DNA of 57,692 nucleotides, counting the filler, from Sphacelaria rigidula (Eukaryota), in assembly GCA_964200075.2 (NCBI GenBank). It is 8 parts of 8 records of this genome, joined end to end, with 100 filler letters (N's around TTAATTAATTAA, not from the genome) between each part and the next. Parts side by side here need not be neighbours in the genome. Positions count along the whole stretch, not along the records: positions 36,122 to 43,245 come from CAXNAA020016372.1; positions 43,346 to 50,469 come from CAXNAA020016373.1; 6 more parts are not named here. One strand, given 5' to 3'. The position numbers and the translations under genes were made by a program. Of the stretch, positions 36,122-48,390 are shown piece by piece. A model generated the notes under the pieces. It was not told where the DNA came from and ran no database searches. It worked only from the letters and a program-made list of their open reading frames with translations. Numbering within the stretch: position 1 is the first letter of the stretch; every line of letters begins with the position of its first letter.

Positions 36122-39100
36122 GGAGACGGTGGGAGCGGGCGGGGGGTTGAAGGGCAGGGGGCGGGACGTGTGGGGGGCGGCGTTTGTGGTGGTGGGTATC
36201 CGCCGCCACGATGGAAAAGCGTGGTGCATGATACAGCGTACAGCACATCATCATTGCACAGCACAGCCAGCGGATCTCGCTTGGTGTTGCGCTTTCCACA
36301 GGTGTTCGATGCTGCAAAATTATCGTGTTTGTTCGGTTTGAGGGACAGAAACACAAAACACAAGAACACGCCTTCCAGCCATGATGGACATCGCATAAAG
36401 TCCAACCCATCAATGAATCAGAATCATGTGCGGCACGACGCAGCATGTATGGAGAAAGAGGAGAGAAGGAGAAAGACATGGGCTGAGTGGGAGGGACGGA
36501 ATCGCCAACGCCTGCTGCGACTGTCTTTCAACAGCTCGGAACTCGCCTGGTGCCTTCTGTCCCGCTGCACTGTCCTGTTGCAAGTACCCCTTAAACCTGT
36601 TGTACGCTGCTCTACACTACAATGTACACTACACCACCAATGCATCCAAGGATATCCAGGAGACGAGAAGGGCAAGATGCCCACGTGATGTGGCTATTGA
36701 ACATCACCCCAATATGGGCGGTGCTGCACCGTACGGAGGCATGCAGGGTCAGCTCCGCGCACCAAGGTTTGACCGCTTCACGATTGGATCGTTTCCGATC
36801 GCATTACCGAGATAGCGGAAAATGCGGAGTGTACAACTACCGCACGTGCTGAAGCCGTAGCTAGCCGAGCACTGTTGTAGGGGCAATGTCGCCGTTTCCC
36901 CACGCTGCGTCAGTCAAAACATCAAAGACAGCTCGTCAGCACCTCGCGTTGATCACACGCTGCGCAATGCTGTCTACAATCTACAGTCTACGGAGAAACC
37001 CATCATTCACGACTACTTCAGCAGCTGCCGCCAACGCCCGTTTTGGTGTCATCTGGTCTGCGCATATTAGTGCCGGGGATGCGCGATTTCTCTGCTGGAT
37101 CAGCGAGATCCCTCTTGTACACCTTGACCGATAAGTGACTGGACTGGAAAACTCTTTCTACACTTCGAGAATATTTTTCTACGGGCCAAAAGTACGACAC
37201 GTGCCCATTACTACTGAGTACGTTGGGCACGGTCTCAAAGTGGAGATAAACAAGCCACCATGCCAAATGCCGGTCATAGCACGAGCTCATGTCCAACCCC
37301 AGGAGTTTTCGTCTACAGGTATCAGAATACTTGTCATCCACTACTACTGTAGCACCATCCCAGTACACCCTGGAAACTGCACTTTACACACCATGTACAG
37401 CAACAGGCTTACCTTGGTTGTGGGGCTGAAGCCCTGTCCACATTTCGGTTGGCCATGGAGAACATGGGATTGCTCCCGATCATCCCGGCTAGAGGCGACT
37501 CAGCGTGCGGGAATATGCTGCCAAGCAACAGAATACCACAATACACAACATGTCCATCGAAAATCAGCGGATCGCAATCGCACCCACCATAATAACAGCA
37601 ATGCAGGCACAGGAAAGGCGGGAAGGGGAGTACGGATAAGGAATAGAGCTTCGTGGGCTATTCATCAAGACATGGACATTAGCACGCAATGTAACAATGA
37701 CACGTTAAACGTAGAACACGGCATTTCGTGTGCATTAGTTTGAGGTACAAGGGCATGTAGGCCTACCGCACTGACTGCACTGTACCCGTGTAGAGTACAC
37801 TGCAGTACGTCCAGAGTAACACGGCGTTCTTTATGCGATTACTTGCCCGATGCAGGTCTATTATAGTTCCTTGCCTGATGTGCTCAATGGTTTTCATCGT
37901 TTCTTCCCTTCGCAACGTGAGCAAAATCTCTCAGACAGGGTGCACAAAATAGTATCATAATTACTCAAGCCTACAAGCATCTGTAAAAAATGTATCGACA
38001 TTTTGTCTCCTGACAGTCCCTGGGAAGTTTTGGGGAGTAGTCTGTTGAACACGTATAGGACGTCAGCTGGACACGGGCGGAAACAAGGCGGTACAATATG
38101 TAGAAAGAATGTACACCGCAGGCATCCAATGCTGTACAATACTACAAGCACGAGGCCCAGAGTGCTCATTGGACTCGCCAGGAAGACGGGCATGTGCGGC
38201 GGAAGCACCGTGCCCCATCATGTTGCTTTTACTCAGCGTCTCCACCGCCTCTCTTGTGCTCAAGAAACCAGGACAGTTGCTATCTTCATACAGAAAGGAT
38301 CTACTGCGACAGATACACTTGATATAGGTATCCAAGACGCACACCGATTCACATCAAATATGTATGTGCACATACCATCAGCCCCACGTCCGAACGTGAT
38401 CCACCGTCGCTGCAAATGGAAAGACTGAGGTGAACAAAAAACTACGAGCAGAAAAAAGTACACTGCAAAGTATTGCGTGAGGCTACAACCATCAACGATA
38501 ATACTCTTTCATACTCCGGAGTATGTACTAAGGTTTCGGCGGCTTACACCGCCACGCTCAATGGATTCAAGTCCAAGATACAAGATAACTGGCGATAGCA
38601 TGCGATATTATCTTGTTCCAGTACAGTATATGACTGTACAACAGTGATTATGAAGTACATCCAGCCATATACACCACAGCTTATTATGACGAACAACTGC
38701 ATGGTTCTGTATCCGAAGACCTCACAGCAGCAGACACTGATGCTTCACTGACCCTGTGCAACACTAAAAATCAACCGTTGAGTGCATATAATACACCACG
38801 GCTCGGGGAGTAGGGTCAGAAATGATGCACCACAGAACTCTCAGACAACCACAATCTCAACCTTCTTTGACGGCTCTCCTGCACGCAGCTGTCATTTTGC
38901 AAACGCGCAGCATTTCCCCGGGTTGAGATGCCCCAGAGCACAGCATATTCCCCAGACTGCGACGCACCAGAGAGCAGTACTTCTTCCGAAAAATTTCTCC
39001 GTGACTACCGCACCGCAGCATTTCTTCCGTCTTCATTATCGGGGATCCCCGGGAATTCGTTGGTTTTGCCGTCAGCCCCCCTCTGTTTTCCTTCTCGGCC

Positions 39101-40809
39101 GTCAACACCTCTCTCTGTTGGCCAAAAATATCCCATGTTACCCTCTCTCGCTCCTTTGTGGCTACTTCTCCATTACTCCTCGACTAACCAGCTCCCTCCC
39201 TTCTGAAGCACTTTGTTTCTTTAGAACTCACCACGTGCCGGGCCGTGGCGCAAACGTGCGGTGCGCATCTGAGTCAGCTACACAGCCTCCGATTATCCAC
39301 GTACAGCATTCTTGGAGTGTGTATGTGTGTCGGCAGCGGCGGTTGTGCTGTTGCGATCACGTACAGTCGCCGACCTCGGGCAATCATCGCTACTGTTAAG
39401 AGAAGAATGTTGATGGAGACTTACAACTCTTCATCCTGACTCTTTACAACGTTGAGAAAAAAAACTCACAAGGACGAGCACGGCGCCTCCGCTAGCCACC
39501 ATGCCATCATTCGTCTATCCGACACGATGTGTATGCTACTCAGGGATCTTCACTGTTTCCGTGCAACCTGCAAACCTCTAATCCATGACCAAATACAACC
39601 CCGTCTCCTAGAATTCACATCTGCCCGTTGACGTGAAAACCTTAACCCCACAGGATGCCGCTTTCAAAAAAACTTGTTCAACTCCAAAGTATCCAGAATG
39701 TACGTCATATTTCTCCAAATTCATACTCGCAACAAGTAACAAACGGCTTTCTTGCAGGAGCATCTGTATACTAATGCACTGTTGTACGATACCCAGATCA
39801 AATGAGAAACGTACGCATCGGGATACATGGCCTCACCACACATCAACACAGGACCTTATTGTACGTCGTCAAAGAGCTAGGTACAACTGGGCAAGGTTTG
39901 TTTTTAGAATAATGCTTCAAGCTGCACGTTCTGCGTACTGTATGAATAAGTGAAGCGAGAAAAAGGTGTTCGTGACACCCGACACCCCCATGTATTATAG
40001 TCGATCTACTACACATTAAAGGCTTGGGTTTTTCCGCTTTTGTTCTTGTTTGACTTTCGGATGCACTTGATGCACAAACTTTCAGCGCCGCAGATGTGAC
40101 AGCCCCACTGATTCTTCGAGGGCGGGGATAGCACAAGCGCAGATGGTCGCTAGTTGGCTGTCCGGTGCTCGACAGAATTCCTTCTGAAGTTTAGGGTTGA
40201 CCAGAAATATTGCAGGCTAAAATGGATTGGAGAGAAGCTTGGGGGGTTCGTGCTTCAGGAGGCTGTGTGCAGAAGGCTTAGCAGAGACAGCTGCTGACGG
40301 ACACAGGGGTTCCTGAGAAGGGCAAGCTTACCGCTGCGGCTCCAAGCGCATTACTTGTGTGTGTCGACGTGTGTGTCAACGTGTGTGTGTGTGTGTGTGT
40401 TGGCGCACGTGTATTTCATCGTGTGTTGCCCCTGCTCAGTTGGCTGTTGGGGGTGTGGAAACATTCTCCGCGAGCCTCTGGTCCAAAACATCGCACCACC
40501 CGACCATAGCCTCACGCGCCGCCTGCACAACTTCCGCTCCCCACCAAATAGCGAAAACGCCACGCCCGTCAGCTCATCAGAAATAAACGCTGAGTTGTGT
40601 GTGTTGATCAATGTACTACCGTTGGCACGATCACGGCTACTGTACTCAACTATTGAAAAATGTGAGATAGCAAAAATACCGTTGACCCCGGCTTAGGTAG
40701 ACAATGATCATTTGCAGGCTCACCTAAGACAGGTGGGGGTGAGGAGATGCGAATTTTACTATTTTAGCGTGAAGCGGGAATTCAGCCGGGCGTTCAAAGC
40801 CGGCACCCG

Positions 40810-41490
40810 GTCAAGATTGAGAACTCTTTCAAAATCAGACGAAGAAATATGACGTGGGACATGTCATGTTCTACTGTACTGCAGCACAAACACTCACGCC
40901 CTCTATCATGTGCTTTACGACGGAGTTGTCACCGCGTTGTGGTGTTTAGACCTCGCGAAGACGGATCGGTCTCTGCTGGGATTGCCGATCAGTTGAACTA
41001 ACGTTCTTGTGTTCGTCTCTGTAAAAAATAATTCAAGTCGGCACGCAGTGCTATCTACACACTTGACTGCTAAAAACGTCATGGTGTGTTGGCAATTCCG
41101 CCTTCTGTGGAACAAAGAAGGCGCTGCCCATACCCATCATTTCCATGTTGTAGTTGTCGTTGTACTGTGGTGCGTTTGAACCCTACGAACACGCTTTGAT
41201 CTGCGCTGCAGAGTGCCCGAGCTGCTGTACTCCTGATGTGTTCCGGTCTGTACAGAATTGGGGTGAGAACAAAGTGGTGTCTACATAAAGTCGAGAAAAT
41301 CATGTGATGGCTGATCAGCTGTCCGTTGTGTCTCCTTTGGTGCTTTGGTTATAGCCGGGCGCTGTGATCGACGAAGACACAGAAGGCGGGTGCCTGCTGG
41401 TCGGGGCAAACAAACTGAGTCAGCACAGATTGCTGTATCCTCAGCTATTGACCTCCGCAGCAACCTCTCAATCTGGCAGCAGCGCGACGT
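40810..41490 (-). mobile_element. Diverged relative of the 27232-28072 element interior
   Basis: Shared blocks CTCAGTTTGTTTGCCCC, CAGCGACAACTACA, GTGTGTAGA.AGCACTGCGTGCCGA and GTGTTTGTGCTGCAG in the same order. Confidence 0.7.
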
Positions 41491-43245
41491 GCTGGTCAAT
41501 CAAAGACATCTTGCAACTCATATGCATCTTAAAGCTCTGACAGGCCATGTCTAATGCAGTGTCTTATGAACAAAACAAAACAAAAAATCAGAAAAGGAAC
41601 AAGCGTCCAACAGTAACATGTTCATTGATCGCCAAGCGGGTCTGAGGTTGCGGCGACAAATCAACATGCTGTTCTTAAACGTTCGCTCGTTGCTTCTCGA
41701 ATATTTCTTTCGTCTCGATAAGACACGGGCTGATAGGGGCGTGTCTTAGTACATCATTTTCCGATCGAAATTATGAATTGGAAATGGAAATTTCTGGTCT
41801 CATGGGTCGTGGTTTCAACCATTTGTTGTTTAAATCACAAGCCACCAGATTGGAATTTTCTTGTCCACCGCACGTTTTCGATCGAAAAATGATGCACTAA
41901 GACACGACCTAAGAGACGACCCAAGACACGGCGGTAGCCTGCACGAGATCAACAAAAAGAAGAGAGGAAACAAGCCAAAGTGTCCAAAGGCAACATGCCA
42001 GTTCGTCGCCGTAACCATGGACCCGCTCGGCGACCACTCGACGTGCTGCGTTTGGACGCTGGCTTCAACTACTTTAAATAATTAGTGACGCGCGGAGGAG
42101 TGAAAAACAAAAAAACTGAGCATTTTTTATCGAAGACATGCGGTCGAAAGGCGCGAAGGGGCACTTGACTCCTATCTTTCAGACCACACTTCAGATATCA
42201 CCCGTTCACAGAACCATGCCAATTTCACACGACTTCACATCGTAGTTTTCAGCCGAAGTAGGGGACTTTAGTATTTTACTCGTAGTCGGCGAAGTCAAAT
42301 AGTTTTTCTCGAACCACCTCTCATCCCAGTGGACGCTTGCTCCCGGAGTTCAGAGATCGGAAGAAACTATTGACAGGTATCCCCTTCACATTCCGGATAA
42401 AAATAGTCTCTGCGCTCGATATTGAACGGCTTACGGGTTGAATTGAATGGGGGGGTTATTGGCCGTTTTTGGTCAAAAACACATTTATAATAGGCTCTAG
42501 CGCAATAGACAGGTGAGTTTAAACTGTAAGGGTCTGTTAAATTATTCACGAAAGCGATCGGGATGTTCAACGCCCTCCCTGTGCCATCCAGTGCTCGGTT
42601 GGGCAATTTTTGTTTTGAGTACTTCCCTGAATTTTCTCGCTTAGTATTCTTCCATAGCACATCAAAGTCCTGGCGGCTATAGATACTGGGAACAGAAGTA
42701 GGTCATACTCAGGACACCGTCCTCAATTGGTGTCGTCAGGTTGATACGGCGTAGATACCTCATTTATCAGGGGGTGATATCGACTGCAAATGGTTCAAAA
42801 ACGCAGTTTTTTCGGGTCTAGCTCCATAAATGGGGAAAAGCTCAAGAAAATATTCCTTTTCATTTGTTCACGGGAACGATCAGGATTGCTTCAATCGAGC
42901 AAAAATACCCAAGGGTCAGAACCTGGGGTTGGGTAGTCGTAGGACTCTCGTACACCCGTTAGCCCGTAAGTCGTTCAATATTGAGTGCTAACATGACTTT
43001 GTTTTGGAATGTGCTGCGGATGCCTACGAGCTGGGCTACCCAAAATGTGCTGCGGATGCCTGACAGGAATGTTGACACGCGAATCCCGGGCTCAATTTTG
43101 GGTCATTTTCGATGAAATTGCGACACGATGTACAGAACGTATGTGTGAAGACCCCCCCCCCCCCCCCCCCCCCCCCCCCGCTTTTTTTCGTGGTGGGTGT
43201 GGGGTGTCTTTTGGGAAAGGAAAGAAATGTGAGGTTGTTGAGGCA

Positions 43246-43345
43246 NNNNNNNNNNNNNNNNNNNNNNNNNNNNNNNNNNNNNNNNNNNNTTAATTAATTA
43301 ANNNNNNNNNNNNNNNNNNNNNNNNNNNNNNNNNNNNNNNNNNNN
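43246..43345. other. Artificial scaffold linker
   Basis: N44-TTAATTAATTAA-N44. Confidence 0.98.
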
Positions 43346-44035
43346 TCTGCTGTGTTTTCTTTGTGTATTATATTGTTGTTGTCGTTTTTTTTTTTTTTAG
43401 TTTGTTTTGGGGGGGGGGGGGGTCGCAGCAATCAATGATGCACGGTTCGGACGAATCATCACGGGTTTGAATCGCCAAATCCACGATTTCTTCGGCCTTA
43501 TTGCCCAAAAGAGAGAAAAAAGTTGACCGCTGATCGATGGGGTATCCACGCAACTTTTGCGCCATTCCACGTGTCTGCAACGCCGAAAACAAAGCCCAGG
43601 GTTTCGTACGGTACGAATCGATCACTCTAAAACCAAGTAAATTTCAGACGAATCATTGGCTTGTCCGACCCTTGCAATCATCGGTCATTTTTTACAAAAG
43701 TGATTTTATTAAATGTGATGCGTAGTCACGTCCGATTAGACCCCGTCTAAGAGAGATATACTGTAACATCAATGAAGCTCGAGAAAAAATGCCGTTTGGA
43801 GCTCTCCAAAATTTTTATGACTTCTCCAAAAACATTTCTTCGATAATAATGGGCCTAACTAGCCGCGAGAAATATACAGTTTGCTCCATAAACCCGGGTG
43901 GCGGAGGGGCGGCATTTACCGGGGGAAGGTTAACCCTTATTCGGTAGAGGAAGGCGGGGGGGCGGTAAGTAGGGGCGAATGCCGTATCCTCAGGTGCCGG
44001 ACAATTTCGGACCTCGGCAACGGGCAACAAGATAT

Positions 44036-44243
44036 CAAGGGCTGGTCGAGTAGAGTATAGTCAATTGCGGGGTATTTTGAAAGTCTTACTTTAAGTACAC
44101 CTATTGGGGTAGGGTGTTAAGGGTCGCTTCCCAGTTATTTTTCGGGGTACGACTCCCAACACCCTACCCCAGTTCGGGTACTTCTTAAAGTACGAGTTTC
44201 AAAATACACCGCAATTGGTTGTACTCTACTCGACCTGCCCTTG
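44036..44243. mobile_element. hAT-type hairpin MITE (208 bp)
   Basis: CAAGGGC.GGTCGAGTAGAGTA termini, ~90-bp inverted arms, perfect 8-bp TSD CAAGATAT (44028-44035, 44244-44251). Confidence 0.92.
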
Positions 44244-44383
44244 CAAGATATGTATCAACAAAGAGGGATATGCTCCTTGAAAAGAAGTCGCAATGCCTTT
44301 GGCCGTCATGTAAGTAAAACTACCGACCGAAGCCCCACACGATGAAACATCCCATCGTTTACCTATTAGCTCATGCTGCTCAC

Positions 44384-44881
44384 CTCTTCTTTACTTAGCC
44401 AGCGCTCTACGTCGAACGTCATAGATCGCCTCACAACATCGTCATGACTGCCGCCCCTAACTCCACATACCGCTGCGTCTGCTTCTGCAGAAAAAGAGCC
44501 AGTTCCTTCCTCTCGATCCTTACTGCGAGAGGGAGCCGTGGTTTTTGTAGTAGCGGTAGCGTTCACGATGAGATCATTGAACATAGCTAGGGCGCGAACT
44601 TCTATGAGACGATTCGGTCCAGAGGTATAGCGCAGGGGCGTGAAAGCGCCAGTAATACTTGGAGTAAACGCTATCACCCTTTTGCAGCCACCGCTGTTGT
44701 CCTTGACGCTATTGCTATCGCTGCCACTGTTGTTGCAGAAGCTATCATCGTTGTCGCAACAAAGCGACAGGCCTTGATGTACAAACTCCTCATGAATCGC
44801 ACGGAGAAGCAAGCCGTGTGGACACTCCTGCTGCTGTGTGTGCTCCTGAAATTGTTCTTCATTCTGCTGCGCCGGTTCCAT
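44384..44881 (-). CDS. Probable first exon of an unknown protein
   Basis: ATG at 44881, 166 open codons (MEPAQQNEEQ...TFDVERWLSKEE), strong donor GAG|GTGAGC; divergent from the proteasome exon. Confidence 0.55.
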
Positions 44882-45300
44882 CCTATACTCCTGTATCGTG
44901 ATAGTGTTGCCCTCGTAGTTACGCCGCGTGAACTGTTATAGGGACAACAGTAGAGCGTACGAGATGCCTCGGAGGAATGAGGATCCATATTTGACTGCCA
45001 ATTATCTTCTCAGATCCGTGACCTGATACATACAATAAAGATGACGCCGGCATGGTGGACCAGCCTGTGAGAACTATCTACAGAGTAGGTGTGCTCGTAT
45101 TTCTTCTCATGATAACTTTGATGAGTAATCTCGTAAGGAGGTTTGGCTTAGGAGTCGAAGGAGATCGACCGACTCTACCTAAGTTCAAACTGGAAAACGA
45201 CAAAGCTCTTGTAGGCTTAGTTTTATTTTTGTTTTTGCTGCACACCCTGGAATCCGGTGGAAATCTAAGTGGTGCTTCGACTACACAGGGGGGGGGGCAT

Positions 45301-45462
45301 ATGAGGATACGGCAAGTTACTGTCCTTGCTTTATGCTTACGGATCGGAGAAGATCACCACCATGGTGTTGAAGCGTCGTCTTGGTCTGTCGATAGCTATT
45401 TTGACACCGACATTGGCGTGTTCAGCCCCTCCGGCCGACTTGTCCAGCTAGACTACATTGAG
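45301..45462 (+). CDS. First exon of a 20S proteasome alpha-type subunit with an N-terminal extension
   Basis: YFDTDIGVFSPSGRLVQLDYIE matches the proteasome alpha N-terminal signature (YDxxxxxFSPxGRLxQVEYA), followed by donor GAG|GTGAAA. Start codon uncertain because the frame is open from 45052; later exons not found. Confidence 0.75.
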
Positions 45463-46329
45463 GTGAAACTACCCTCAGTGCGCGCCGTACATACTGTAGT
45501 GGGCGGTATAAGGATCAGGCAAGAGTTTGACATTTATGGGAGGCATGGCAGTAATTTTCAGCAGCGCTCTTTCATCTTGTCTGTTCGTGAGTCAAAATGG
45601 GATGACAGTTGCTCTTCATTTTATGCCCCATGCCGGGGGCGCGCAAGGATTGGATATGTGGAATGTGGGATCATCGCCCCCCACCAACATTTGATTTTCT
45701 CAACTCGTACATCGTCATTGTTAGCCGCGGTGGTTATGTTGTACGCCCGGAGATAGTGAATGAGTTCTTGCTTCCGAAAGAAACATGAAGCGGACGAAGA
45801 AACGTGTCCCTGCGACCAAGAGTATCATGACCCCACCAAAATCATGTGAACCGCGGTTACTTTTGACCGGAATTGGGCTTACCTTACCCGCGGTCACTTC
45901 CGATCGCATCTTCACCAAAAATCAGGTGTAGTCTTCACTTTCCCCCATACCTGTCACCCAGTAGTTTTAACAACATACCGGAAACAAAACCTTCTTGAAT
46001 TTATATAGGCATGAAGGGGGTGTACAAATCTGAACATTGCCACACTGCCACACACACACACACACCTCCCTCCAACCCTCTTTTTCTCCCCAATATTCGG
46101 GGGACAGTTCCACGGTTACGTGGGCGCAATACCCTTTGAATTGTCATTCGTAACAAAGATCACCCTACAAAAGTGTGATGTCAGCATCAATGTAACCCGC
46201 AGTCACAGGGAGCGCCTCCCTATTCTGTCGTGTCTGGTTGCCGGAGCTAAAAAATAAATAAATTTCAACACAATCTAGCCGCAGTTTCCAATCATCTGAA
46301 AATCATGTCTTGGTTTCATATCTTCGAGC

Positions 46330-47280
46330 AGTGCTGTTCCCTTTCAATAATATGGAGGCGGTATTTGGGGAGAGTACGCGCCCAAACACAGCACACCTGT
46401 AGTCTGACGATGAAACTTCACGTGTGTGCGGCTTGAAGCCGCAGGTAGGTGTTGACGTGGTGGTCTCGGCGACCGAAGGCGTTTTGTGCGCTGCGTGGCT
46501 TAACCCTTCGACCGCGAGGGTAGGTCACCTGCTGAATCGGCATAAATCTTTACTTGAAAAAAGTATGCGTGATCCAGAAGGACTACCTGCACCGCGGTCT
46601 AAGGGTTAAAAGGGTGATTATGCATGACGCTGCGGTGATTCCGAATTTTAGATCACTTTCCAATGACAAGTACCACGACAGTCTCACGACGACAAGGGCG
46701 ATTGCTGTACTAATGTATTCTAGCAGAATCAACCGGAAATTCGTTCAGCAGGCGCTCCCACGGCATCATCTTGACCTTACTCCGACAGTCGTCTCATCGA
46801 CCTCTTCCGGATTTTTTTTTCACTGTTCACTTGCTTCCAGAATAGGACAGAGTGCAAGTTGCAATTTTCAATTTTCATGCATGGATCGTGGGTATGCCAG
46901 CCCTACCAGGCGTGGTTCGCATCGTACGGTCAGTACTGCTGTACTCGCTGTACTGTGGCTAGGAGCACACCGTGTCAACGTCGTCGTGTATTATCAGGTC
47001 GCGATACATTTCGTGTATCAAGTGCTTCTTCCCTCCGCAGTAATACGTATCCTTTCACATCCGGCTGCCTCAGCCTGGGCGGAGGTCTGCAGCGCCACTT
47101 TACCGTGCTGACGTGGACCAGTCTCTTCCAAAAGGACGTCTGCCCCTCTAGTCTGGGCATATGTTAGTCCTTGGGGAATGACCGCCTCGAATGGACGCCG
47201 TGGATGATGAATCACAACCGTAGGTAAAATGCCTCCACAGTGTTGAAAACGAACAACACTGCGAGAGAGGCGCCCTCTCT
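46330..47280 (+). mobile_element. ~1-kb non-coding interspersed repeat
   Basis: Colinear with 57390-55835(-) and partly with 28898-29013(-); TTCAA.AATATGGAGGC / GCCTCC...GT.TTGAA inverted motif near the ends. Confidence 0.7.
46504..46605. mobile_element. piggyBac-like MITE (102 bp)
   Basis: TTAA|CCCTTCGACCGCG...CGCGGTCTAAGGG|TTAA; diverged inverted copies at 21373-21477 and 30707-30805. Confidence 0.88.
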
Positions 47281-48275
47281 TCAAAACCCACAACATTCAC
47301 CGCAACACCATATGCACCCTTTCTTTAGAAGAACGAGATATTATACAAGCATAGTTCGCACCCGCCATGAGCAAAGTGTCTAGTTGTGCTGCTGGGCTGG
47401 CTGACTATTACCATACTTTCACCATGCACTTTTTGCCTGCGTCCCGGGAGGTTCTGTTCGCGTTCAGATTGCCACATTGAATTGTAGTTGAGCATATCAA
47501 GATAATCGTTCTGAATATGAAACACAACAATACGGGGACACAGCTGTACGACCCAGTACGCGGTAGAAGTTTCCACGCCTGCTCATCTCGGCAGTAAGTA
47601 GGTATCTCGCGTAAAAATGAACGGCGGTCTCACGCCAAAGACTTGCCTCGGGCACTTCTCCGGTTGATCGCACGTGTCACGAGATACTGGCGGTGCGACG
47701 CCGCTGAGCGTACGGGTCGCCGCGGTGGATCCCAATCGCTTAATGTTGGTGCAGACACGCACTTATTTATCCTTTCCACTCCCAAGTTGAGTCCAGAAAT
47801 GTCAAATCTTGTTGCGGGGCTGCTTTATAGTAGGTCGCACACGTGGATTAGCGGGTTTTGTTACCAGTGGTGCCCTGAAGAGGGCTCACGTCCCTTGTTT
47901 GTATACCTACACTATTCTTCGAACAACAACAGTAAGATCTGATACGACCAACCCTATGCCTGTTCCTCCCTTGGTCACTCGCAAAACCATCCGTTGTTCG
48001 CGCAGTGTTCTCCTTGTATTTTAGTCCAGACCGTGTCTTGAGTAGACGAGGAAGGTGTGTGTTTTTGTCATCCATGGGATGGGAGGATATGGCAACAGCA
48101 TGAGTGATCACGAACTTTGGAGTGTTTGGAATGTACGTCAACAAAGATATCGAGGCCGAGCTAGAAGAGTGTGCGCGAGCCACTCGTTCGGGTTCAGCGA
48201 AATAGTCTTCCATTTGGTTCGTTCCAATATCGTAGGTGACTGAGGCCGCGATAGCCTCCCGCCCCCCCCCCCACC

Positions 48276-48390
48276 GGTGAGACACCCATGAGGCAGTATT
48301 TAAGCCGTGGCTGTCTCTGGAAGTGGCGATACCAGAAAATAAAGCAACTCATCGTAGGCTGTCATCCAAATGCAAGATAATCAGTAGGCT
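48276..48390 (+). mobile_element. 5' portion of the type A repeat
   Basis: Near-identical to 50279-50392; preceded by a C tract. Confidence 0.8.
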
